A DNA stretch of 64,000 bases from a virus: IMG/VR virus record IMGVR_UViG_3300006187_000001, one strand, 5' to 3'. A program made the position numbers and the translations under genes. Positions 1 to 7,804 of this stretch are shown in pieces; position 1 is the stretch's first letter; each line of letters opens with the position of its first letter. The notes below the pieces were generated by a model. It saw only the letters and a program-made list of their open reading frames with translations, did no database searches and had not been told where the DNA came from.

Positions 1-58
1 TACCTTGAGGTGGTAGTGCCCACAAGGCGTGAAGGTTCGAGTCCTTTCCCGCGCACCA
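1..58 (+). tRNA. 3' portion of a class II (long extra arm) tRNA cut by the window edge; Leu or Tyr type most likely
   Basis: T-arm GAAGG-TTCGAGT-CCTTT (31-47), acceptor 3' strand CCCGCGC (48-54), discriminator A55, encoded CCA 56-58. An extra stem CCTTG(3-7)/CAAGG(23-27) lies just 5' of the T-arm. Confidence 0.7.
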
Positions 59-70
59 GAATTTGCAACG

Positions 71-92
71 TACGGCGGCAATTTCCGCCGTA
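71..92. repeat. Inverted repeat TACGGCGG-N6-CCGCCGTA directly downstream of the tRNA
   Basis: Perfect 8-bp arms read directly from the sequence; possible tRNA terminator stem or recombinase site. Confidence 0.5.
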
Positions 93-94
93 GA

Positions 95-118
95 AAAGGA
101 CCCACGAAAGGACCCACG
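95..118 (+). repeat. Perfect tandem direct repeat 2 x AAAGGACCCACG
   Basis: Copies at 95-106 and 107-118 are identical, about 40 bp from the tRNA 3' end. Confidence 0.8.
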
Positions 119-131
119 CAACGAGCGGCGT

Positions 132-722
132 ATGCTCACAACCCCTTCTTCTATATCTCCAGACGTGTTGCGCTTATGTTCGCTGATCGTCGAGAACCCC
201 AAACCAACTTTTGTTCCTGTGCGGGTTGAGCCTGGAGCTGTGTTTCGCTACTGCTTCCAGGCGGTTGCCGACAAAGTTGCAAGGGACGGAGGTGCATGCG
301 TGTATGGTTGGATGATCTGGGAATACCCCGGTTTCCTCGTTGAAGGAGAGTTTCATGCAATTTGGCAAGACCCGGCAGGCGCGTTGGTTGATATATCGCC
401 TAAACCCGATGGGGAACAGCTGATACTCTTTCTGGCGGACAGTACAAGGTGCTGGAATTACCGCCCAACTCCGAGCGTGCGGCTTCCATTGTCGATGGAT
501 CAGCGGGTCCTAAACACGATAGTTCAAGCTGTGGCCACAGATTGGCTGAGGATGAAATATTGGGATGGAGAAGAGGCCCGCATACCTCCTCAGGCACATT
601 TGGAATTCATGAAAGATCCCATATCCAATTTCTTAAGAACAGGCCGGAATGATTCCTGCGGATGTGGCAGCGGAAAGAAGTTCAAACAATGCTGTTTGCC
701 AATGATTCAAAAATGCCTTTAG
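132..722 (+). CDS. SEC-C motif-containing protein
   Basis: The C-terminus ...RNDSCGCGSGKKFKQCC is a SecA C-terminal type Cys-rich metal-binding motif. The track ORF starts at TTG 63; I chose the first ATG at 132 because 63-131 abuts the tRNA and repeats. Confidence 0.6.
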   Translation: MLTTPSSISPDVLRLCSLIVENPKPTFVPVRVEPGAVFRYCFQAVADKVARDGGACVYGWMIWEYPGFLVEGEFHAIWQDPAGALVDISPKPDGEQLILFLADSTRCWNYRPTPSVRLPLSMDQRVLNTIVQAVATDWLRMKYWDGEEARIPPQAHLEFMKDPISNFLRTGRNDSCGCGSGKKFKQCCLPMIQKCL

Positions 723-767
723 ACTACTCACGCTCATCGGGCGTCTATCATTGACTAGGCAGAAATT

Positions 768-1016
768 ATGATCGATCCAATCAACCCGTTCTTCGGTATC
801 CAGAACCTTCCAGATCCCGCGACCTACGAGGGCGAGTTCATACACGAGAGGGGCTTTCACATCGAGCGCCGAACGATGGTTCTCGCGCGAGGGCTCACAA
901 AGGTCAATCGATTTCGCCCGGCGATCTTCACCTATCGGCGAATGCAGGAGGAAGACGGAACGTGGGTCTGGACTTACCCGCTGCGACTGAAGGCGCAAAA
1001 CGCGGCAATGAATTGA
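768..1016 (+). CDS. hypothetical protein
   Basis: 82-aa ORF with an ATG start; no recognisable motif. Confidence 0.35.
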   Translation: MIDPINPFFGIQNLPDPATYEGEFIHERGFHIERRTMVLARGLTKVNRFRPAIFTYRRMQEEDGTWVWTYPLRLKAQNAAMN

Positions 1017-1067
1017 AGGTTGGCCAAAGGTCATGAGGCTAATCAATAACCAATGGCCGACTTTATT

Positions 1068-1271
1068 CTACTTCGGCTTTTTACGCGGGCGCCCGTCTTT
1101 TCGGACACGGACCGCGTCCAGATCCTGGCGCAGGATGACCCAAGAAACTCCGATCTTCTTCGCCTTCAGCTTGCCGTAGCCGCCATCAATCAGAGCTCGC
1201 ACCCTGCGGACGGATACACCAAGCTCGGCCGCTGCATCGTCCACTGACAGTACATCGTCTGGACTTGCCAT
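1068..1271 (-). CDS. excisionase-family helix-turn-helix DNA-binding protein
   Basis: LSVDDAAAELGVSVRRVRALIDGG...WVI is a MerR/excisionase-type HTH with a basic tail RKDGRPRKKPK. Confidence 0.7.
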   Translation of the reverse strand: MASPDDVLSVDDAAAELGVSVRRVRALIDGGYGKLKAKKIGVSWVILRQDLDAVRVRKDGRPRKKPK

Positions 1272-1330
1272 CGCTCTATTCTAAATCACCAGATTGGAGG
1301 GTAGCCCCGCCTCTCGGCGGGGCTTTTCCT

Positions 1331-1669
1331 TTAGGCGATTATTCGACCCTCCGCATCGATGCACTCAAGGAAGGGCATGGGGACGAAGTGTCGATCTCGC
1401 TCTACGAGTGGGATCGGACCATATCGGAGCGATTCCAGTTCGCGAACGCTGGTGTAACCGAGTTCGGCCCCACCCGATCGTCCCTGACCGTAAAGGTCTG
1501 CGTAGCAGAACACGATCTCATCTTCGGGATCGTATTCGAAGATCAGCCAGGTGGCTGGTCCAGCAACCGCGAAGAACTTCGCTCGAACGAACAAAGTCTC
1601 GTCGGTGCCTTCGGCATTGCTTCCAATCGCGGGAAGCTCGCTTTTTAGTTGGTCATTGATTAGCCTCAT
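1331..1669 (-). CDS. DUF2958 family protein
   Basis: VRAKFF..ATWLIFEYDPEDE...AELGYTSVRELESL...VERDRHFVP follows the DUF2958 pattern known from plasmids, ICEs and phages. Confidence 0.65.
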   Translation of the reverse strand: MRLINDQLKSELPAIGSNAEGTDETLFVRAKFFAVAGPATWLIFEYDPEDEIVFCYADLYGQGRSGGAELGYTSVRELESLRYGPIPLVERDRHFVPMPFLECIDAEGRIIA

Positions 1670-1675
1670 GACAAT

Positions 1676-1703
1676 AAAACTATACCGTACTCGGTATAGT
1701 TTT
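1676..1703. promoter_or_regulatory. 28-bp palindrome AAAACTATACCG-TACT-CGGTATAGTTTT in a divergent intergenic region (candidate operator)
   Basis: Perfect 12-bp arms between the minus gene starting at 1669 and the plus ORF at 1702/1753. Confidence 0.6.
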
Positions 1704-1752
1704 GCAACCTAAACAGCAAAAAAACTCAAACTTTTTATCGTATGATCTGGCA

Positions 1753-1938
1753 ATGCTGGAGCATCGAGACGACAACCAATTGAGACCTCAGGTTTGGGCA
1801 TTTCTTCAAGACATCGTCGGGGTGTGCAAGAAGCATGGCCTGGTCCTGTCGGAAGATGGAGATCAGCTCGTCATCCGAGCGTACGAGGGCGACAGCGACC
1901 GCGACTGGATAGAGGACGCAAAGGACCTGTCTAGGTAG
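1753..1938 (+). CDS. hypothetical protein
   Basis: The track ORF 1702..1938 starts at TTG inside the palindrome; the first ATG (MLEHRDD..) is at 1753. Confidence 0.35.
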   Translation: MLEHRDDNQLRPQVWAFLQDIVGVCKKHGLVLSEDGDQLVIRAYEGDSDRDWIEDAKDLSR

Positions 1939-1991
1939 AAACAGGCTTATTCGATCAGCGGATTGCTTGAGGAGAAGAGGTATCGGCCAAC

Positions 1992-2282
1992 ATGAAGGGC
2001 GAATCCCTGCCAAAGGGTGAGATCGACGACGACGCGGTCGACCGCGCAATAAGTGCTGCGGCAGTGCGGCTCGGCCTGACTCAAAAGAAGCCTCTGAAGC
2101 GATCCTGCCCCGATGTGATAGCCGATACTATACAAATGTCTACGCATCAAGATATGATGGATGGGATGAACTCTGAACCTGAAACCCTAGGACCACCTTT
2201 GAAGCCGATCGTTACACGCCCAACCGAGGAAGACGATGAGCTACCGACGCCTTCCGAGCGAGACGGAAGTCCAAAGGACTGA
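1992..2282 (+). CDS. hypothetical acidic protein
   Basis: 96-aa ORF in a same-strand series of small ORFs. Confidence 0.4.
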   Translation: MKGESLPKGEIDDDAVDRAISAAAVRLGLTQKKPLKRSCPDVIADTIQMSTHQDMMDGMNSEPETLGPPLKPIVTRPTEEDDELPTPSERDGSPKD

Positions 2283-2736
2283 GCGTCTCATTCGGCAATG
2301 TAGCCTCTGGGCCTCAGAATTCCCCGTAGCGTCGCCCTTTCGGCACTTCTGGTCACAAGAGGCGTCTCGACACCGAAAACGCCTACAAACGCTTACAACG
2401 CACCGCGACGCGGTTGCGGTCAATGGGCATGGGGTGCTTTATTTGGCGGACGACAAAGAAATCTGGTGCGCCGAAGATGCCGGAGACACTTACAAGCTGA
2501 CTCTAGTCCACCGTGGCCAGGTGGTCCGGGAACCGATCATCGTTACGCGGGAATCGTTTGGTCACGGGAGGATGAAAGATTCATGGCTGTCTTTAGAATC
2601 GTTACCTGGCGCTTGGTGTCGGCTACTCATAGATGGCGAGGAGTGGACGCAACTCACGAATGGCCAACGGAACGGTCTGATAACCATGGCGGGAATCGCT
2701 CAGGACAAAGCAAAAGGTCTATCACGAAAAAATTAA
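2236..2736 (+). CDS. hypothetical protein
   Basis: 166-aa ORF that overlaps the previous ORF end. Confidence 0.45.
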   Translation: MSYRRLPSETEVQRTERLIRQCSLWASEFPVASPFRHFWSQEASRHRKRLQTLTTHRDAVAVNGHGVLYLADDKEIWCAEDAGDTYKLTLVHRGQVVREPIIVTRESFGHGRMKDSWLSLESLPGAWCRLLIDGEEWTQLTNGQRNGLITMAGIAQDKAKGLSRKN

Positions 2737-2743
2737 AAAGTCC

Positions 2744-2772
2744 TTGCATTTTTTGATTGTCTGCCATATAAT
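2744..2772 (+). promoter_or_regulatory. sigma70-like promoter, -35 TTGCAT / 17 bp / -10 TATAAT
   Basis: TTGCAT 2744-2749, TATAAT 2767-2772, ATG at 2779. Only 6 nt lie between the -10 and the start codon, which implies a leaderless or near-leaderless mRNA. Confidence 0.5.
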
Positions 2773-2778
2773 CAAACC

Positions 2779-3207
2779 ATGGAAACAACAATTGGTCTTC
2801 GATACTTCGCCGCGATCGCTATTCCTATGCAGTCAAAGCCATTCCTTTGGGAAGGCGATGAAGACGAACTCATCTCCCTTGCGCAGAGCGAAAATGAAGC
2901 CGGCGGCTACTCGATCGAAACGCTTAACTCTCTCACCGCTATGTTTGGAGACGAGGAAGAGATTCCCGCCAAGGCGCTTGAGATCGTAAAGCGCGACGGA
3001 AACGTCGTTGAAATTAACCACGAGTTCTTTACCGTTAAGGAAGCTCCCACCAAAGTCGAATGGGCAAAAGAGGCGTTTGGCAATGACTATTACGCTTGCC
3101 ATTGGTTTGAAGGTGATACTCCAGAATCCGCCAACACTCAAGCGAAGGAGTTTGCCGAAAGCTACCAAGGCCATCGGTATCCCTATGTGAATGGGCTTTT
3201 TCGATGA
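2779..3207 (+). CDS. hypothetical acidic protein
   Basis: 142-aa ORF immediately downstream of the consensus-like promoter. Confidence 0.55.
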   Translation: METTIGLRYFAAIAIPMQSKPFLWEGDEDELISLAQSENEAGGYSIETLNSLTAMFGDEEEIPAKALEIVKRDGNVVEINHEFFTVKEAPTKVEWAKEAFGNDYYACHWFEGDTPESANTQAKEFAESYQGHRYPYVNGLFR

Positions 3208-3497
3208 GCCAATTAAATCTGAAAGGTCTTCATCCAGCGCCAAAGTGGATTCTTGGTGAAGATTCAGACCTAAAAGAGTGGCTTGTTCATCTGGACAAGC
3301 CACGTTTTGCGTGCCGTGTTCGACAGACCGATTTCACGGAAGCAGAGGAAAACGCCCCCGAAGAATTTAAGGTCTTTGAGTTTGGATTCGCAGACGCATT
3401 CAGCGATTTTCTGTGGATCGACGACCAGCCGCCAGAGGAGGAACTGACCGTACTCCTTGGGCTAGGCGCTGATTTTGTGGAGAGTTTCGTTGAGTAA
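3204..3497 (+). CDS. hypothetical acidic protein
   Basis: 97-aa ORF whose start overlaps the previous stop (ATGA). Confidence 0.5.
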   Translation: MSQLNLKGLHPAPKWILGEDSDLKEWLVHLDKPRFACRVRQTDFTEAEENAPEEFKVFEFGFADAFSDFLWIDDQPPEEELTVLLGLGADFVESFVE

Positions 3498-3678
3498 ATC
3501 AGAAGACAAGCCAAAAGGTCGCGGCGGACCAGGGCGCGGCCAGGGGCGAAAACCGAACGCAGTGCCGACGAAACGAATCTCAGTCCAGGCTCCTATCGCT
3601 GATTGGATCACAGAGAATCAAGACACGATTTACAAAGTGTCGGGCATCCCCAAACCAAAACACGACGCCCTCAGTTAA
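3475..3678 (+). CDS. small basic protein, possible ribbon-helix-helix type DNA binder
   Basis: A Gly/Arg/Lys-rich N-terminus (KPKGRGGPGRGQGRKPN) is followed by KRISVQAPIADWI (strand then helix). The start is uncertain. Confidence 0.35.
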   Translation: MWRVSLSKSEDKPKGRGGPGRGQGRKPNAVPTKRISVQAPIADWITENQDTIYKVSGIPKPKHDALS

Positions 3679-3693
3679 CTACTGTGGGCGTCG

Positions 3694-4335
3694 TTATGCT
3701 CCAATTCCGAGGGCTCTGACTTCCAACTCTTCATCAGACAGAGACTGGAAGAGCGCGGTTAATTCCATGGGATTGGAAGCAGGGTCTAGCCAAGCATCGA
3801 CGCCCTCGTCCCTGAGCACGACGGGGATCCGGCTGTGATACTCGGCCGCCTTGCCGATCGCGTCCGTCGTCACCATCGTGCAGGTCGGGCCTGGATTGTC
3901 CCGGTATGCCCACATTCCGGCAAAAACAAAAAGCGGCCGGTCGACTACTGAAAGGCGGTTAGCAACCTTCGATCCTTTCTCGCCCGTCCATTCGCACCAG
4001 GCGGACGCAGGCAAGAGACATCGGCGCGACTTCATCGATGCGTAGAACATCCCGCGCTTGTTTTCGAGGTTGGTACGAATGGTGTCGTCTCGAGCGTTGT
4101 TCGGCGCTGTCCTCCGGATGAAGGTGGCGAGGTCCTCGTCTTTCACCCATGGCGGCACCAATCCCCATTGGGCCATTTCGAGTTCGCGTTCGCCATCATC
4201 GTTGAGGCGAATCATCAACGTCGGCTTGTCTGGGAAGAGCTGGAGCGGACCGTGATCGGTCACGCGGATCCGTCGAACTGAGTACCGTTCAGCGATTTTT
4301 TCTACTTGATGTTCAATCCAATAGCGGTTACACAC
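3694..4335 (-). CDS. SOS response-associated peptidase (SRAP, YedK/HMCES family)
   Basis: N-terminal MCNRY with Cys2, plus WGLVPPW and FAGMW motifs; length 213 aa. Confidence 0.85.
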   Translation of the reverse strand: MCNRYWIEHQVEKIAERYSVRRIRVTDHGPLQLFPDKPTLMIRLNDDGERELEMAQWGLVPPWVKDEDLATFIRRTAPNNARDDTIRTNLENKRGMFYASMKSRRCLLPASAWCEWTGEKGSKVANRLSVVDRPLFVFAGMWAYRDNPGPTCTMVTTDAIGKAAEYHSRIPVVLRDEGVDAWLDPASNPMELTALFQSLSDEELEVRALGIGA

Positions 4336-4381
4336 TTAATCAAACAATATAATTGATGCAGAGAAATTACTCAAACCTCCG

Positions 4382-5266
4382 ATGATTACACACACGTTTA
4401 ATTCATTTCAGAAATTCGCAAATTCCTTATCGCTTCCAAACATGAAGCCATACATCGAGCGTCGCAAGAGATTAGCAATGCGCCTGAATAGGAGTTTTTG
4501 GGGAATCGATTCTGAATCAGATCACATGGTGGTTGTTGGTAGTATCGGGAGGAAAACCACACCGGGCCCCGCAAAGGATATCGACGTCCTTTTCCAACTG
4601 CCTCAAGAAACTCGACGAAGGGTGTCTGGATTTATGGGCAATTCTCAATCAGCGTTGCTTCAAATTATTCGTAACGAATTACGAAAGACCTACCCAGAAA
4701 CCAAGATCCGAGGCGATGGTCAAGTAGTTGTCGTTGGATTCTCGGACACAATGAAGTTCGAAGTTGTTCCAGCCTTCATACAGAATGACGGTTCTTTCCT
4801 CTACCCAGACAGCAATGTTGGAGGGCAATGGAAGTGCTGCAATCCAAAGGCTGAACAGATTGCTTTCGATGAGTTGAATGAGAAACTCGATGGAAAGCTT
4901 CGCCACCTTTGCCGAATGACAAGAGTATGGCGGAAGCGATTCTCAATTGACCTACCTGGCATCTTCATTGATGCAACTTCGTATCATTTCTTAAATGATT
5001 GGCAGTATCGAGACGAGAATTATGAATACTACGACTGGATGTTTCGGGATTATATGGGCTATCTATCTTCGATAGACCCTAACAGGAAAATATGGTTTGT
5101 CCCTGGCAGCAATGCGAAAGTTTGCCGACCATTCAATATTGTAAAGAGAGCCAGTGAGGCCCATTCCATCAGTTCGGATGCTTGCGAGTTCTCTTTAAAG
5201 GGAGACCACCGCCGGGCATTCCTCAGATGGCAACAGATTTTTGGGGGAAGATTCAGTGGAAAGTGA
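4382..5266 (+). CDS. SMODS/CD-NTase-like nucleotidyltransferase
   Basis: VVVGSIGRKTT (G-S), AKDIDVLF (DxD) and KFEVVPAF (third acidic residue) occur in the order typical of SMODS-type polymerase-beta-fold NTases. Confidence 0.65.
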   Translation: MITHTFNSFQKFANSLSLPNMKPYIERRKRLAMRLNRSFWGIDSESDHMVVVGSIGRKTTPGPAKDIDVLFQLPQETRRRVSGFMGNSQSALLQIIRNELRKTYPETKIRGDGQVVVVGFSDTMKFEVVPAFIQNDGSFLYPDSNVGGQWKCCNPKAEQIAFDELNEKLDGKLRHLCRMTRVWRKRFSIDLPGIFIDATSYHFLNDWQYRDENYEYYDWMFRDYMGYLSSIDPNRKIWFVPGSNAKVCRPFNIVKRASEAHSISSDACEFSLKGDHRRAFLRWQQIFGGRFSGK

Positions 5267-5276
5267 TGATCTCTAT

Positions 5277-5822
5277 ATGATCTATGAAGATGAAATTCGA
5301 GAGTCTTTTGGCAAAGTTTGCTATACGCACAAGACTCACCTAAAGATGATGGATCTTTTACGTGGGCGATTCGACAAGCTAAAACATTGCCAGATCTTAC
5401 TTTCGGCATTAACGGCCAGCACTCTCGTAGCCTATCTTGTCAAGAGTTTTGATTGGGCACCAGTTGTTGCGGCTATTCTTGCGCTGATATTGACCTATCT
5501 GAATACCGCATTGAAAGAAGGCATTCTACTGGAACAGATACGCGACCACAAGGACACGGCCAGCGAAATTTGGATTGTTCGCGAGAGTTTCATATCACTA
5601 ATTGCTGACATAAAGACTCGATCAGTTACTGTACTAGAATTGAGAACGACTAGGGATCAATTGAATGATACGCTGAAAGAAATATACAAGAGAGCTCCAG
5701 AGACAAACGCTGTCGCCTACGAAAGAGCAAGAAAGGCTCTTCAATTCGATGGAGAACACACGTTTGAGCCAAACGAAGTCGACCCATTGTTACCTCCAGG
5801 TCTTAGAAGGTCAACGAACTAA
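5277..5822 (+). CDS. SLATT-like two-transmembrane effector protein
   Basis: Two adjacent hydrophobic helices (ILLSALTASTLVAYLV; APVVAAILALILTYL) are followed by a helical segment DHKDTASEIWIVRESFISLIAD. It lies directly after the NTase. An alternative start at 5241 overlaps the NTase end. Confidence 0.6.
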   Translation: MIYEDEIRESFGKVCYTHKTHLKMMDLLRGRFDKLKHCQILLSALTASTLVAYLVKSFDWAPVVAAILALILTYLNTALKEGILLEQIRDHKDTASEIWIVRESFISLIADIKTRSVTVLELRTTRDQLNDTLKEIYKRAPETNAVAYERARKALQFDGEHTFEPNEVDPLLPPGLRRSTN

Positions 5823-5881
5823 GGGCGCAACTGACTGATATCGCAGGATTCCTGAATTCGACAAGGGCGAATGGCGCATAA

Positions 5882-7348
5882 CTATGTTTGAACTGTTACT
5901 TCGATCTCCAGCCCCACACTGGGAAAAACAACCCAATCGGTCGGCGAAACCTTCTGAATCAACGCTGGAGCGGTCTGCTTCATCGTGATCGGATCGAAGT
6001 AGAACGCTTTCAAATTAGAATTTTGATTCGCGAACCGCACCGGGCCGCCACCGGCCACGATCCAGGGAAGAGTGCCGGTCGCCGCGATCGACAAGTACTT
6101 CCCGTCGTCTTGCGTTGGCACCGAGATGAAGCCCGTCGGCTGCGCCGTTCCACCTCCCGAGATGAATAGGTGCTTCGACGACGGGATCGGAAGACCATCA
6201 GCCGAGACGATGCAGCTGAGCTTTCGTTCCCCCCACGGATCGCCCGACGTCTTGAACCGAACAAGATCCGTTTCGTAGGTGGTTTCTCGCCCACTGGTGA
6301 AGGTTTTGACCGGCGATGGGTCCAAGAACACGTATCGGCCCAAGTGCCGCGCTGCGGCCCGCATGGGCTCCTTCTCGGTGTATCGCTCGACGAATGGTCC
6401 CTCGGCCAGCATTCCTTTGTTTGAAGCGGAGAGGAACCAACAGATCGCGGACAGGCCTTCCGCCTTCGCCTTGGCCGCTAACCAGAGCTCGTTTTCGAAT
6501 CGCAGCGGGTTTGGCCAAAGAGATCCCACCTCAAGGATTCCGCGCGGCTGCCCGGCGCCATACGCCCAGATGTCGGCGGTCTGCCAAGGCTGCTCAGCCC
6601 AAAGCGTCGCGTAGTACTTCGTGAGAGGATCGCCCTCGCGAGCGTCGTCACCGTAAAGGTGGGAACTCACGATCGGGAAAGTCGGCGTGATCTTCGACCA
6701 GTCGCCGGAGACGCCGGCATTCTTGAAGAGCGGGAAGGCACTCAGTTTCGCGTCAGACATTACGGACTTGATGTGGGTCACGAAGTCGGCATAGGTCGCA
6801 GGATCGCCCGACTCTTCGTTCAGTGGTTCCACCGCCAAAAGCGCCGGCGAATCGCCAACGGCCGCGGCGAAGGCCTTGATCCGTCGATCGATCTCGGCAC
6901 GAGCTGAAACAGCGTCTTTGTCTGATCCGCCCTCAAGGGCTTTGCGCTGCAGGTACTGGAAGTCACCGAATGGCGAGGCGTCGGCCGAGGCCAGGGAGAC
7001 GATGATGTAAACGCCGAACTTCTGCCCCGCGGAGAGCATGTACTTCATCGGCGCGTATCCTCGCGTCTTGATCAGCGGGTCGACGTGGTGAAGGCGCAGG
7101 AGGTTGTATCCTCGGGCGAAAATTTCGCCAACGATCTGGTCCGCTTCGGCCTGATTCGCCGGCATCGCGGCTTCATAGTTGAGCGTCGTGCCCCAAAGCT
7201 TGGTTGTTACGACCTGGCCAAGTTGACTCCCGACGACGGCCAGGCGCGAGGAGATCGGAGTCGGAGTTTTGTCGACCTGGTTTTCCGAGACCTGGGCACG
7301 ACCGATTGTCACGAGAACAAGGGATACGATCATAGTGAGCGCCCTCAT
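5882..7348 (-). CDS. secreted glycoside hydrolase, clan GH-A / family 5-like
   Basis: Signal peptide MRALTMIVSLVLVTIGRAQV. AVEPLNEESG resembles the GH5 N-E acid/base motif and GILEVGS is a candidate nucleophile. Confidence 0.5.
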   Translation of the reverse strand: MRALTMIVSLVLVTIGRAQVSENQVDKTPTPISSRLAVVGSQLGQVVTTKLWGTTLNYEAAMPANQAEADQIVGEIFARGYNLLRLHHVDPLIKTRGYAPMKYMLSAGQKFGVYIIVSLASADASPFGDFQYLQRKALEGGSDKDAVSARAEIDRRIKAFAAAVGDSPALLAVEPLNEESGDPATYADFVTHIKSVMSDAKLSAFPLFKNAGVSGDWSKITPTFPIVSSHLYGDDAREGDPLTKYYATLWAEQPWQTADIWAYGAGQPRGILEVGSLWPNPLRFENELWLAAKAKAEGLSAICWFLSASNKGMLAEGPFVERYTEKEPMRAAARHLGRYVFLDPSPVKTFTSGRETTYETDLVRFKTSGDPWGERKLSCIVSADGLPIPSSKHLFISGGGTAQPTGFISVPTQDDGKYLSIAATGTLPWIVAGGGPVRFANQNSNLKAFYFDPITMKQTAPALIQKVSPTDWVVFPSVGLEIEVTVQT

Positions 7349-7563
7349 GGCATCACCGCCTTTGGGTAAGTCCCTTCGATTGCCCGGAAAACTTCCTCGG
7401 GTGTTTCGTTGACATAACGTCGCATGCCGTTCGGGAGGTCGATGATAGTGCCGCCGGGCGAGTTTTCATCCGATGGCTGAAAGGTCACGATGAACTCGGA
7501 TTCGATGAACACCGGGGTGGGGGATTCGACACGCGAATGCGCGTCCGTGAACGTAAGGATCAT
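7345..7563 (-). CDS. hypothetical protein
   Basis: 72-aa ORF whose stop overlaps the glycosidase start (ATGA). Confidence 0.45.
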   Translation of the reverse strand: MILTFTDAHSRVESPTPVFIESEFIVTFQPSDENSPGGTIIDLPNGMRRYVNETPEEVFRAIEGTYPKAVMP

Positions 7564-7601
7564 GGGGTTCCTCCGGGCCGCTAGGTGCGGTCAGAAATAG
7601 A

Positions 7602-7626
7602 AAAGCCCGGCGAAGTGCCGGGCTTT
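7602..7626. terminator. GC-rich hairpin AAAGCCCGGC-GAAGT-GCCGGGCTTT
   Basis: 10-bp stem. On the minus strand it is followed by a T-rich tract (TCTATTTCT). The gene it would terminate is unclear. Confidence 0.4.
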
Positions 7627-7804
7627 CTCATGTGAATCTACTTTGAGCGCAGTAAGATCTGAACTAGGTGATTATATGTAAATCGCACGGTCGATATGTC
7701 GAGAACGATCCGCCCAAAAATCTACCGTTCGCGCTACCCGATCTGCTCTGCTAAAAACCGGTCTTTGCGTTAATCGTCAAACGATCATAGATTCATAATG
7801 AACC

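Noticed and set aside
1-58. tmRNA (ssrA) 3' end as an alternative to a tRNA, since ssrA is a common prophage target
   Set aside because: The acceptor 3' strand CCCGCGC has C at the position that would need U for the Ala-identity G3-U70 pair. In addition, a long extra arm directly precedes the T-arm, as in class II tRNAs.
4336-4381. TATAAT hexamer (about 4353) as the promoter for the SMODS gene
   Set aside because: The best -35-like hexamers (TTACAC/GTTACA) lie only 14-15 bp upstream, which is a non-standard spacing, so I do not call a promoter here.
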